In this document: positions 1 to 9,731 of the stretch, piece after piece
Numbering within the stretch: the first letter of the stretch is position 1
Layout of the letters: every line of letters begins with the position of its first letter
Assembly (NCBI GenBank): GCA_029218465.1
Contig: JAQXRJ010000022.1
Span: forward strand, 1 to 54,047
Direction: 5' to 3'
Source of the DNA: a bacterium
GTDB lineage: Bacteria; Bacillota_I; Bacilli_A; RF39; UBA660
DNA: 54,047 nucleotides
The notes under the pieces: generated by a model
Told to the model about the DNA's origin: nothing
The model's input: the letters and a program-made list of their open reading frames with translations, nothing else
The model's database searches: none
Program-made: the position numbers and the translations under genes

Positions 1-173
1 ATCGCTAAATTGGCTTACTCCTTTAGAAATGAGACAACAAATTATAGAAAAAAACAATATTCAATAATTACAAAATAACTATATCATATTGCTTTTTATT
101 TTTTTATAAATTTTGTCTCACATCATTTACAATTATACAATTTAAAAAAATATGAATTAAATTATTATATTAT

Positions 174-950
174 TTATTTATTATTTTCACTTTTAAATGG
201 CATTTTTAAATACCTTTTTATTGTATTTACATCTACATCAAGACTAGATACATATTCCTTATAACTTTTTACACCCAATTCTCTTAATACAATATATTTA
301 GCAGTTTCATAACCTTGAGAGTATATTTCACTATTAAAAAGAATATGTATTATTTTTTCTCTATTAAATGGCCAAAACCGATTATAAGCACATCCATTGT
401 TAAAGAATTGTTCTTTATCATTGTTTTTTGGAACATATCCTTTATTCAATTTTTCAATAAATTCTTCTATCTTACATTCAATTGGATATATATTACTACT
501 ACTTAAATAGTCATTAATTGTTTTTTTTGCTTGTTCATATCCTTTACTGTACGCTTCATCATTTAAAACTAAATCTATGATCAATTTTTTATTATAATTC
601 CAAAAATATTTTATAGGCTTTCCATTGCTAAAACAGCAATTGATTTCATTATATACTGGAATATATCCTCTATTAAGCATTTCTATATATTCTAAAATTT
701 TGTCCTCAAAAGAAAAACTATTATTTATATAGTCATAAATAATTGATTTTGCACAATCATATCCAATGCTATAATTTTCATCATTTAAAACTGTATCTAT
801 AACTTCAGCTTTATTAATATTCCAAAAAGACCCAACAAAAGTACCATCACTAAAGCGATGATTTATATCACCCGTTTTTGGAATATATCCTGAATTTATT
901 TTATTAATTAATTCATTAATTTTATCTCGATGAGATTGTTTTATTTTCAT
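174..950 (-). CDS. hypothetical protein made of three tandem ~75-aa repeats (pattern loosely resembles helicase-associated HA-type repeats)
   Basis: 258-aa ORF. The motif [FL]I-x-[KM]LN-x-GY[IV]P ... F-[SN]-[DN]G ... FW ... N[KR] ... YS-x-GY[DE]-x-AK occurs three times (about aa 8-80, 82-157, 159-235). No catalytic motif was recognised. Confidence 0.55.
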   Translation of the reverse strand: MKIKQSHRDKINELINKINSGYIPKTGDINHRFSDGTFVGSFWNINKAEVIDTVLNDENYSIGYDCAKSIIYDYINNSFSFEDKILEYIEMLNRGYIPVYNEINCCFSNGKPIKYFWNYNKKLIIDLVLNDEAYSKGYEQAKKTINDYLSSSNIYPIECKIEEFIEKLNKGYVPKNNDKEQFFNNGCAYNRFWPFNREKIIHILFNSEIYSQGYETAKYIVLRELGVKSYKEYVSSLDVDVNTIKRYLKMPFKSENNK

Positions 951-1015
951 AATATTTCCCCTTCAAACTTATAGTATCATACACTAAAATAATAAAAAAG
1001 AAAAGAAAAAAGAAA

Positions 1016-1963
1016 TTATTTATTAATTCTTAATTTTTCTATACAATCATAGGCACAAATAACACCATCATTCATTGCAGTAATAAGTTGAAATATTTTC
1101 TTTTTAACAACATCTCCTGCAGCATAAACCCCTTCAATATTTGTCATACACTTTTCATCAACAAAAATATATCCATTCCTATCCATTTTTATTTCACAAA
1201 AAACATTTGTATTAGGTTCATATCCAATAGAAACAAAACAACATTTTACATCTAACTCTCTAATATTTTCTTTATCTATTGTATTAGTAAGTACAATAGA
1301 ATTAAGTACTCCATCCTTTGTTTTCAATTCGTTAACACAACTATTATACATAATTTCAATATTAGAATGCTCCCTAACTCTGTCTAAATATATTTCTTCA
1401 GCTCTCAAAATATTAGTTCTATTAACAATATAAACTTTATTGCAAATTTTTGACAAATAAAGGGCTTCTTCAAAAGCAGAATTTCCGCCACCTATTACAC
1501 ATACGTCTTGATTAGAAAATAAATTTCCATCACAAGTAGCACAATAACTAATACCTTTTCCAACTAATTCTTTAGCATTAGTAATATCTAACCTTCTAGA
1601 ATGCCTTCCTGTCGAAATAATTACTTTTTTACATGTTATAATCTGATTTCTAAAAACAATATATTTAATTTTACCTTTTAACTTGGTTTCTATCACTTCA
1701 TCATTTATATATTTAACGTCTAATTTTTTAAGCTGAGAAAAAATTATTTCTGATAATTCTATACCCGACGATTGAACAAATCCAGGATAATTTTCAACTT
1801 TAGTAGATAAATTAATTTGTCCTCCAGGATAATCTTTTTCTATTATGCAACAATTTATACCAGCTCTTTTTAAATATATTGCCGCAGTCATTCCAGCTAC
1901 ACCAGCACCTATTATAGCAACCTCATAATCAATACTATCTACACTAGTTTTTTTTCTTAACAC
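1016..1963 (-). CDS. trxB: thioredoxin-disulfide reductase
   Basis: FAD motif IIGAGVAGMTAA, redox-active CATCDG, NADPH motif GGGNSAFEEALYL. The tracked ORF runs to 1972, but that GTG overlaps the SD (AAAGGGGAG). The in-frame GTG at 1963 lies 8 nt after the SD and is preferred. Confidence 0.85.
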   Translation of the reverse strand: MLRKKTSVDSIDYEVAIIGAGVAGMTAAIYLKRAGINCCIIEKDYPGGQINLSTKVENYPGFVQSSGIELSEIIFSQLKKLDVKYINDEVIETKLKGKIKYIVFRNQIITCKKVIISTGRHSRRLDITNAKELVGKGISYCATCDGNLFSNQDVCVIGGGNSAFEEALYLSKICNKVYIVNRTNILRAEEIYLDRVREHSNIEIMYNSCVNELKTKDGVLNSIVLTNTIDKENIRELDVKCCFVSIGYEPNTNVFCEIKMDRNGYIFVDEKCMTNIEGVYAAGDVVKKKIFQLITAMNDGVICAYDCIEKLRINK

Positions 1964-2726
1964 AATATTCACTCCCCTTTGACTTAAGAATTATAAAAAT
2001 ACCTACAAAAAATAATATAATAGATACAATTTGAGCAACTTTAATATTTAAAAACATTAAACTATCACTCCTAAAATACTCAATAAAACATCTACCAATT
2101 GAGTACCATATTAGATAGAAACCAGTTAAAGTGCCAATCTTATTATTTTTTCTCCTTATAATAAGCATTATAATAAATCCAATTAAATTCCAAATAGACT
2201 CATAAAGAAAAGTCGGCTGATAATAATTGCCATCTATATACATTCCATTAATAACAAATGTAGGAATATGACAAGATTTAAGCTTGGATAAAGAAGTAAC
2301 CATTCCATATGCTTCTTTATTAAAGAAATTTCCCCAACGTCCAATTGATTGGGCAATAATAACACTAACCGCAAATAAATCTGTTACCTTAAACATATTA
2401 ACATTATGTTTTTTGCAATATAAATAAATAACTAAAAAGCCAGATAATATCCCTCCATGTATAGCGAGTCCTCCATGCCATATTTTAATTATCTCTGAGG
2501 GATAAGTCATATAATAATCTAAATTAAATAAAACATAATAAATTCTTGCACCAATTATACCAAAAAGCATTACATAAAATATTAAATCATAAAAGAAATT
2601 AATATTCATTTTATTTTTTTTTACTTCACAAAAGAGAATAATTAATCCAATAACAGTTCCAATTATAATCATAATAGAATACCAATATATAGTTATAGGT
2701 CCAATTGATAATGCTATATTACTCAT
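1944..2726 (-). CDS. lgt: prolipoprotein diacylglyceryl transferase
   Basis: Polytopic membrane protein with Lgt signatures HGGLAIHGGILSG and GRWGNFFNKEAYG. Confidence 0.85.
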   Translation of the reverse strand: MSNIALSIGPITIYWYSIMIIIGTVIGLIILFCEVKKNKMNINFFYDLIFYVMLFGIIGARIYYVLFNLDYYMTYPSEIIKIWHGGLAIHGGILSGFLVIYLYCKKHNVNMFKVTDLFAVSVIIAQSIGRWGNFFNKEAYGMVTSLSKLKSCHIPTFVINGMYIDGNYYQPTFLYESIWNLIGFIIMLIIRRKNNKIGTLTGFYLIWYSIGRCFIEYFRSDSLMFLNIKVAQIVSIILFFVGIFIILKSKGSEYCVKKKN

Positions 2727-2772
2727 TATTTCACCTTCTTTACAAATATATACTATAAAACAACTTAAATGT

Positions 2773-2813
2773 AAAAAAGAAAGTGTATAACTAATTATAT
2801 ATAAAACACTTTC
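2773..2813 (-). terminator. rho-independent terminator downstream of uvrA
   Basis: 8-bp inverted repeat gaaagtgt/acactttc (2779-2786 / 2806-2813). On the minus strand it is followed by a U-run (A-run 2773-2778 on the plus strand). Confidence 0.5.
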
Positions 2814-2860
2814 TAATTATTTCAAAGAAATATTTATGGCAAATTCATAAATAATATTAA

Positions 2861-5668
2861 TTACAAAACAGTTTTTAAAAATTTACCTGTATATGATTCT
2901 TTAACGTTTGAAACATCCTCAGGAGTACCAATAGCAACAATTTCGCCACCCATATATCCTCCTTCAGGCCCAATATCTATAATATAATCAGCACATTTAA
3001 TAAAATCTAAATTATGTTCAATAACTATTACTGTATCTCCATTATCTACTATTTTTTGAATAATTTCAAGTAATCTCTTAATATCATCTAAATGTAATCC
3101 AGTTGTAGGCTCATCCATAATAAATAATGATTTCCCAGTAGGCTTTTTTTGAAGTTCTTTTGCCAATTTAACTCGCGCAGCTTCTCCTCCAGATAATGTA
3201 GTTGCACTTTGACCTAATTTAATATATCCAAGACCAACACTATCTAGAACTTTTAATTTATTCTTTATCTTAGGATGATTCCCAAAGAATTCAACTGCTT
3301 CACTTACTCTCATATCAAGAATATCAGCAATATTTTTATTTTTATATCTAATACTTAATGTTTCACTATTATATCTAGTACCATGGCAAATTTCGCAAGG
3401 AACATAAACATCTGGTAAAAAATGCATTTCTATCTTTTTCACACCATCACCACGACAAGCTTCACATCTTCCACCTTTTACATTAAATGAAAATCTATTT
3501 TTTTCAAATCCATACATTTTTGCTTCTTTAGTATTAGTGAATAACTCTCTTATATCATCAAATACGCCAGTATATGTTGCTGGATTACTTCTAGGCGTTC
3601 TTCCAATTGGATTCTGTGTAATTTCTACAATTTTATCAATATTTTCTAATCCTTTAATCTTTTTAAATTTACCCGGTTTAACCTTTGAATTATAAACCTC
3701 CAACATGCAAGCTTTTGACAACGTTTCCATAACTAAACTTGATTTACCAGAACCAGATACACCCGTGACGCAAGTAAAAGTACCTAGAGGAAACCTAACA
3801 TCTATATTTTTTAAGTTGTTTGCCGAAGAACCAATTATCTCTATAAACTTTTTGTTGCCTTTTCTTCTGTTTTTTGGTACATCAATTCTTTTTTTGCCAC
3901 TTAAATATTGACCAGTAATACTATTTTCGCATTTCATAACTTCTTCTGGAGTTCCACAAGCAATAACCTCTCCACCAGCATCACCTGCCTTAGGACCTAT
4001 ATCAACTAAATAATCACAGGCAAGCATTGTATCAGTATCATGTTCTACAACTATTAAAGTATTACCCAAATCTCTCATTTCAAGTAAAGAATTAATTAAT
4101 CGTTGATTATCTCTTTGGTGTAATCCAATACTTGGCTCATCTAAGACATATAAAACACCAGTAAGTCTTGAACCAATTTGAGTAGCAAGTCTTATTCTTT
4201 GTGATTCACCTCCAGATAATGAACCAGCACTTCTTGATAAATTTAAATATTCAAGACCAACATTTAATAAAAATTTTAGTCTATTTTGTATTTCTTCTAT
4301 CAAAAGCTTAGCGATTTCTTGCTGTGACTCAGTCAATTCTAATTTGTCAATAAAATTGTACATATCTTTTATACTTAAACACGTTACTTCATATATATTC
4401 TTACCACCAACAAGAACAGATAAAACACTATCTTTAAGTCTAGCCCCATTACAAGTTTCGCAAGTAGTCTCAATCATATATTTTTCAAGCCATTCTCTAA
4501 TCCATGTGCTACTTGTTTCCATATATCTTCGCTGTAAATTATTAATAATTCCTTCATAAAAATCTTTTAAATTATAATTTGTTCCGCTTTTAGCAGAATA
4601 ATTAAATTGTATAATATCAGGAGAACCATATAGAATTATTTCTTGATGTTCTTTTTTCAATTTTTTAAAAGGTTTATTCATATCAATTTTATAGTGTTCA
4701 CAAGCACATTTTAATCTTTTATAATATAAATTTTCAATATCATCACTAAGAGTTACAATAGCCCCCTCATTAATTGATAAATCTTTATTTGGAATAACTA
4801 AGTCTGGATCAATCGATAACTTTATACCAAGACCTTTACAATCATCACAAGCACCATATGGTGCATTAAAACTAAATAATCTAGGCTCTAATTCAGGCAA
4901 TGAATAATTACAATATGGGCAAGCAAATGACTCAGAAAAAACCAATTCCTCTTTTCCTAATACGCTAATAATTACTTTTCCATTTGCTAATTTAGTAGAT
5001 GCTTCTATCGCTTCAAATAGTCTTGAACGAATTCCTTCTTTTAATATTAACCTATCTATAACAACATCTATATTATCTTTAATATTTTTATCAAAGTAAA
5101 TTTCTTCGGACAAATCATGTGTTTCTCCATTGATTCTCACTCTAACATATCCTTCTTTTTTCAACCTATCAAGTAAATCCTTATGTTCACCTTTTTCTCC
5201 ATGAATAATAGGTGCCATAACAATTATCTTTGTACCTTCCGGATATTCAAGAATTTTATTTGTCATTTCTTCAACACTTTGATTAGAAATTGGTATATTA
5301 TGATTAGGACAATAAGGTGTACCTATTCTAGCATATAACAATCTTAAAAAGTCATATATTTCCGTAACAGTACCAACAGTTGATCTAGGATTTTTACTAG
5401 TAGTTTTTTGGTCAATACTAATAGCAGGAGATAAGCCTTCAATAGAATCTACATCAGGCTTTTCACTTCCACCTAAGAATTGTCTAGCATATGAACTTAA
5501 ACTTTCAACATACCTTCTTTGTCCTTCTGCATAAATTGTATCAAAAGCTAAACTGCTCTTTCCACTTCCTGATACACCAGTCATTACAATCATTTTATTC
5601 TTTGGTAAAGTTATATCTATATTTTTAAGATTATTTTCTCTAGCACCTTTAATAACTATATTATCCAT
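2861..5668 (-). CDS. uvrA: excinuclease ABC subunit A
   Basis: 935 aa. Two ABC modules (GVSGSGKSSL twice, LSGGESQR / LSGGEAAR signatures) plus Cys-rich zinc modules (CPYCNYS..CDDCKG; CEACRGDG..CEICHG). Confidence 0.95.
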   Translation of the reverse strand: MDNIVIKGARENNLKNIDITLPKNKMIVMTGVSGSGKSSLAFDTIYAEGQRRYVESLSSYARQFLGGSEKPDVDSIEGLSPAISIDQKTTSKNPRSTVGTVTEIYDFLRLLYARIGTPYCPNHNIPISNQSVEEMTNKILEYPEGTKIIVMAPIIHGEKGEHKDLLDRLKKEGYVRVRINGETHDLSEEIYFDKNIKDNIDVVIDRLILKEGIRSRLFEAIEASTKLANGKVIISVLGKEELVFSESFACPYCNYSLPELEPRLFSFNAPYGACDDCKGLGIKLSIDPDLVIPNKDLSINEGAIVTLSDDIENLYYKRLKCACEHYKIDMNKPFKKLKKEHQEIILYGSPDIIQFNYSAKSGTNYNLKDFYEGIINNLQRRYMETSSTWIREWLEKYMIETTCETCNGARLKDSVLSVLVGGKNIYEVTCLSIKDMYNFIDKLELTESQQEIAKLLIEEIQNRLKFLLNVGLEYLNLSRSAGSLSGGESQRIRLATQIGSRLTGVLYVLDEPSIGLHQRDNQRLINSLLEMRDLGNTLIVVEHDTDTMLACDYLVDIGPKAGDAGGEVIACGTPEEVMKCENSITGQYLSGKKRIDVPKNRRKGNKKFIEIIGSSANNLKNIDVRFPLGTFTCVTGVSGSGKSSLVMETLSKACMLEVYNSKVKPGKFKKIKGLENIDKIVEITQNPIGRTPRSNPATYTGVFDDIRELFTNTKEAKMYGFEKNRFSFNVKGGRCEACRGDGVKKIEMHFLPDVYVPCEICHGTRYNSETLSIRYKNKNIADILDMRVSEAVEFFGNHPKIKNKLKVLDSVGLGYIKLGQSATTLSGGEAARVKLAKELQKKPTGKSLFIMDEPTTGLHLDDIKRLLEIIQKIVDNGDTVIVIEHNLDFIKCADYIIDIGPEGGYMGGEIVAIGTPEDVSNVKESYTGKFLKTVL

Positions 5669-5795
5669 AATATCACCACTTCTCCATTTGCTTAGTAATT
5701 ATATCATCATATTTATATCAAATCAATTTGATTTTATTTTTTGAACAAAAAATGTGAATAAAACCAATTTAATAAATATTTTATCCACAAAATTG

Positions 5796-7769
5796 TTAAT
5801 TATTTGATTTAATTTCAAATATTATATCACGTAATTCCATTGCTCTTTCAAAATCTAGTTCGCTTGCTGCTTTTTTCATTTCCTTTTCTAATTCTTTAAT
5901 ATCAATATTTTTTTCTTTCTTAGAATTATTATTTATTTTAGATTCTTTTTCATCGCTAATATTACCAATAGTTTCTCTTATTTCTTTTATAATTGTTTTA
6001 GGTACTATCCCATGATCACTGTTATATTTAGCTTGAATAGTTCTTCGCCTAGATGTTTCATTTATAGCATATTTCATAGAATCAGTTATTTTATCAGCAT
6101 ACATTATACATTTACCATTAGCGTTTCTAGCACATCTTCCAATCGTTTGAACTAAACTTCTACTACTTCTTAAAAAGCCTTCTTTATCAGCATCTAAAAT
6201 TGCAATTAAACTAACCTCAGGTATATCAATTCCTTCTCTAAGTAGATTAATACCAACAATACAATCATATTTTCCTAAACGCAAATCTCTAATAATATTC
6301 ATTCTTTCTAAAGACTTTATCTCACTATGTAAATATGCAACCTTTATGTCTAAATTTTTTAAATAATTAGTAAGCTCTTCAGACATCTTTATGGTAAGCG
6401 TTGTAATAAGAACTCTTTCATTTTTATTTATTCTTTCTCTAATTTCATTAATCAAATCATCAATTTGTCCATTAGTAGGTCTCACATCAATTAAAGGATC
6501 TAATAATCCTGTAGGTCTAATTATTTGTTCAACATATATATTGCTTGTTTTTTCAAGCTCATAGTCACCTGGAGTTGCCGAAACATAAATGACTTGATTA
6601 ATTTTCCTTTCAAATTCATCAAATTTTAAGGGTCTATTATCAAGTGCACTTGGAAGTCTAAACCCATATTCAACTAAATTCAATTTACGAGCTCTATCAC
6701 CATTATACATTCCTCTAACTTGTGGTATAGTTACATGTGATTCATCAACAATTAATAAATAATCATCTCCAAAAAAATCCATAAGAGTAGTAGGTGTTTC
6801 GCCTTCATTTCTTAATGAAAGATGTCTTGAATAATTTTCTATGCCACTACAAAAACCTGTCTCTGAAAGCATTTCTAAGTCATAATTAGTTCTTTGCTCA
6901 ATTCTTTGTGCTTCAATTAGTTTATTATCCTCTTTAAAAGTTTTTACCCTATTAATCATTTCTTCTTTGATTCTTTTAATTGCTTCTTGTAGCTTACTAT
7001 CGCTAGTAACAAAATGACTTGCAGGGAATATAGTAGCACTTTTAAGGTTCTTTATAGTCGCACCAGTAATTATGTCAATTATACTTACCCTATCTATTTC
7101 ATCTCCAAAAAGCTCTACTCTAATAGCATTTGTTCTGGTGTTGGAAGGAATTACTTCTATAACATCTCCTCTAACTCTAAAAGTTCCACGCTTAAAATCA
7201 TAATCATTTCGTTCATAAAGCATATCTACAAGCTTTGTAAGAATAGCATTTCTATCTATAATTTCTCCTTCTGCAAGAGTCAATGTTTTATTTTCATATT
7301 CTTCAACTTCTCCAATACCATAAATACATGAAACACTAGCAACAACAATTACATCCTTTGAAGACAAAAGAGAACTGGTTGCATAATGCCTCATTTCATC
7401 TATTTCATCATTTATTGAAGAATCTTTTTCAATATAAGTATCAGTTGAAGGAACATAGGCTTCTGGTTGATAATAGTCATAATAAGATACAAAGTAACAT
7501 ACATGATTGTTTGGAAACAACTCTTTAAGCTCTGCATATAATTGTCCAGCAAGTGTCTTATTATGGGCTAAAACTAAGGTTGGTTTATTAGCTTGCTCAA
7601 TAACATTAGCAATTGTGAATGTTTTTCCTGTACCAGTTGCACCTAATAAAACTTGCCATTTTTCCTTATTTTTTATACCTTTTACCAATTTTTCAATTGC
7701 CTGAGGTTGATCTCCACTAGGTTTAAAATTAGAATGAATTTTAAACATTGATTCTTTATTTTTTTCCAT
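5796..7769 (-). CDS. uvrB: excinuclease ABC subunit B
   Basis: Helicase motifs GATGTGKTF and DESH, and a C-terminal UVR motif ([12 protein letters not shown]). AGGAGG sits 6 nt before the ATG at 7769 (MEKNK...), so the 8-codon extension in the track (to 7793) is rejected. Confidence 0.93.
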   Translation of the reverse strand: MEKNKESMFKIHSNFKPSGDQPQAIEKLVKGIKNKEKWQVLLGATGTGKTFTIANVIEQANKPTLVLAHNKTLAGQLYAELKELFPNNHVCYFVSYYDYYQPEAYVPSTDTYIEKDSSINDEIDEMRHYATSSLLSSKDVIVVASVSCIYGIGEVEEYENKTLTLAEGEIIDRNAILTKLVDMLYERNDYDFKRGTFRVRGDVIEVIPSNTRTNAIRVELFGDEIDRVSIIDIITGATIKNLKSATIFPASHFVTSDSKLQEAIKRIKEEMINRVKTFKEDNKLIEAQRIEQRTNYDLEMLSETGFCSGIENYSRHLSLRNEGETPTTLMDFFGDDYLLIVDESHVTIPQVRGMYNGDRARKLNLVEYGFRLPSALDNRPLKFDEFERKINQVIYVSATPGDYELEKTSNIYVEQIIRPTGLLDPLIDVRPTNGQIDDLINEIRERINKNERVLITTLTIKMSEELTNYLKNLDIKVAYLHSEIKSLERMNIIRDLRLGKYDCIVGINLLREGIDIPEVSLIAILDADKEGFLRSSRSLVQTIGRCARNANGKCIMYADKITDSMKYAINETSRRRTIQAKYNSDHGIVPKTIIKEIRETIGNISDEKESKINNNSKKEKNIDIKELEKEMKKAASELDFERAMELRDIIFEIKSNN

Positions 7770-7797
7770 AATGTCCTCCTTTATTAAGACCACTATC

Positions 7798-7894
7798 AGC
7801 CAGAAAATTCGTATCCTATCTTCAAAAATTCGTATTCTTACTATTTTTGTAACGTCAAAAATGTGTCTTTTTTGCTTGGATACGAATTTCGGCT
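7798..7894. repeat. three copies of AAATTCGTAT(C/T)C: two direct and one inverted, forming a long imperfect inverted repeat in the uvrB upstream region
   Basis: aaaattcgtatcc at 7804-7816 and aaaattcgtattc at 7825-7837, with starts 21 bp apart. The inverted copy ggatacgaattt is at 7878-7889. Flanking agcc/ggct extends the outer inverted repeat (7798-7816 vs 7878-7894). Confidence 0.6.
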
Positions 7895-8075
7895 ACAAAT
7901 TGACAAAATAAACCTAAATAAAACTGAATAATCAAAGACGATTTTCAATGACCTATTTTAACACTTATTTTACAATAAAACAAGAAAGTTATATCAACTT
8001 TCCATGATTCACTTATAAAATTCAAACACTACGAAAAAATATTTAAATAACACGCCGTGTATTTTTTTAGTGTTA

Positions 8076-8119
8076 TGTTATAATCATATATATAATAAGA
8101 AGGAGGCTTAGGAATGTAA
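8076..8119 (+). promoter_or_regulatory. extended -10 promoter (TGtTATAAT) followed by a consensus SD and an ATG-TAA start-stop mini-ORF, inside the 568-bp uvrB / XRE-gene spacer
   Basis: TG at 8076-8077, TATAAT at 8079-8084, AGGAGG at 8101-8106, ATG at 8114-8116 directly followed by TAA at 8117-8119. Function unknown. Confidence 0.3.
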
Positions 8120-8361
8120 TTAAATGTATTTCATATTAGCTAATAATTTTTCATTAATTAACTATATTTGTTTAAATAATTTAAACCTAATGTTCAGCAC
8201 TTATTCATAATTATTACTATAAATATTTTTAAAAAAATTGAATAATTACAAGTATCGATAAAAATGTTAAGTATAATTGACAAAATTCAAAGTATAGTTG
8301 CTAGACTAAACAAAAATATGATGATATCATTAGTATATTAAATTAAAAAGGAGGTATTATA

Positions 8362-9078
8362 ATGAAATTTGATGAAAAACTTATAAAATTAAGGAAGAGA
8401 AATTTTTTATCACAAGAAGAATTAGCAGAAAAGCTTGATGTAACAAAACAAACAATTTCAGAATGGGAACTTGGCCAGTCTAAGCCAGATATGGATAAAA
8501 TAATTGAAATTAGTAAATTATTTAATGTAAGTATAGATACACTTACAAATGATAATTTATTAATGGAAAAAACAAATGAAGAAAAAAATAATAATATAGA
8601 ATATAATAATGGTAACAAAAAAATGATATTATTCTTTTTAATTGTTATATTTATTACATCAACTGCAACACTATCATATAGAATAGCAATTTCTATAAAA
8701 GAAAAAAATGATGAATTAAAAGAAGAACTTAGAAAAGAAAAAGAAGAACAAGAGAAAAAAAAGCAAGAATTAGAAGATAAAATTAAAAAAGCTGAAAAAG
8801 AGAGCTTTAATGAAGATTATGAATTTTGGGCTGGCACGAAAACCAGTGCAGAAGTATCTATAATAATAGATAAAGCAATAACAAATAACAAAAAAAATGA
8901 TGAACATTTAATATCATTTGTATTTGATGGAAAGTCTTATGGAACTAATCCAGAGAATATTATAAAAATTAAAAAAAATTTAAAAGATTTTAATGGTTAT
9001 AAAATACAAAAATATGAAATATCACTTAATTATGATAACGAGGGATACGTCAACAACATAATCATTGAAACAAGATAA
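8362..9078 (+). CDS. membrane-anchored XRE/Cro-C1-family HTH regulator (HTH, one TM helix, charged coiled coil, ~90-aa extracytoplasmic domain)
   Basis: N-terminus LSQEELAEKLDVTKQTISEWELGQSKP is a typical HTH_3 motif. Hydrophobic segment MILFFLIVIFITSTATLSY, then a K/E-rich helix. SD AAGGAGG lies upstream. Confidence 0.75.
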   Translation: MKFDEKLIKLRKRNFLSQEELAEKLDVTKQTISEWELGQSKPDMDKIIEISKLFNVSIDTLTNDNLLMEKTNEEKNNNIEYNNGNKKMILFFLIVIFITSTATLSYRIAISIKEKNDELKEELRKEKEEQEKKKQELEDKIKKAEKESFNEDYEFWAGTKTSAEVSIIIDKAITNNKKNDEHLISFVFDGKSYGTNPENIIKIKKNLKDFNGYKIQKYEISLNYDNEGYVNNIIIETR

Positions 9079-9090
9079 GAGGGATTTAAT

Positions 9091-9636
9091 ATGATAATAA
9101 ATATATGTTTAATTATAGTAATAATAATAACTGGTACAATACTTATAACTTATAATAGATTTGTTAGAGAAAATAATAGAGTTAAGCAAAAAGAATCAGA
9201 TATTGATGTTTTATTAAATCAAAGATTTGATTTATTGCCTAACTTAATAGAAACAGTAAAAGGATATTCAAAATATGAAAATAATACATTAAAGGAATTA
9301 ACAAAATTAAGATCTTCATATAATGATAATAATTTCAGTGTTAATGAAGCAAATAAAATTGACAAAAGTTTTGGAAAATTAATGGTGACTTTAGAAAAAT
9401 ATCCTGAATTGAAAGCAAATGCAAACTTTTTAGATTTACAGTCTAATTTAAAAGAAATAGAAGAAAGTTTAAGCATAGCTAGAATTAATTATAATAGATC
9501 AGTTATAAAATTTAATAACTTAGTTGAGTCTATTCCATCTAACATAATAGCTAAAATATTCGATTTTGAAAAAAAGGATTTTTTCAAGTTAGATAATGAT
9601 AAAAAAGATAATATTAAAGTTGATTTTCCTGAATAG
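9091..9636 (+). CDS. lemA: LemA family protein
   Basis: N-terminal TM helix plus the LemA-like block YNRFVRENNRVKQKESDIDVLLNQRFDLLPNLIETVKGY. It lies 12 nt after the XRE gene, so it is probably co-transcribed. Confidence 0.75.
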   Translation: MIINICLIIVIIITGTILITYNRFVRENNRVKQKESDIDVLLNQRFDLLPNLIETVKGYSKYENNTLKELTKLRSSYNDNNFSVNEANKIDKSFGKLMVTLEKYPELKANANFLDLQSNLKEIEESLSIARINYNRSVIKFNNLVESIPSNIIAKIFDFEKKDFFKLDNDKKDNIKVDFPE

Positions 9637-9695
9637 CACCGTTTTTAAATTCATATTTATTATAATAATGCAGATTATAAATATTTAATTAATAT

Positions 9696-9731
9696 GTTAG
9701 AAGATATGATGAAATCTTCTAACTTTTATTT
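9696..9731 (+). terminator. rho-independent terminator after lemA
   Basis: Perfect 10-bp stem gttagaagat/atcttctaac with an 8-nt loop, followed by ttttattt. Confidence 0.7.

Noticed and set aside
31-119. Imperfect inverted repeat gagacaacaaatt / aaattttgtctc, with a ~64-nt spacer, at the left edge of the window.
   Set aside because: The arms contain a mismatch, the loop is very long, and the upstream context is cut off by the window edge. It cannot be distinguished from chance or from a terminator region of an unseen plus-strand gene ending near position 78.
5781-5789. Perfect consensus DnaA box TTATCCACA in the uvrA-uvrB spacer, 35 kb from oriC.
   Set aside because: It is a single isolated 9-mer with no partner boxes or unwinding element. 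It may be a DnaA-titrating or regulatory site, but one occurrence in 54 kb is compatible with chance.
7770-7930. LexA/DinR SOS (Cheo) box expected upstream of uvrB.
   Set aside because: No CGAAC-N4-GTTCG or GAAC-N4-GTTC palindrome is present. The only CGAA/TTCG palindrome (cgaatttcg at 7883-7891) has a 1-nt spacer. It is reported instead as part of the AAATTCG repeat finding.
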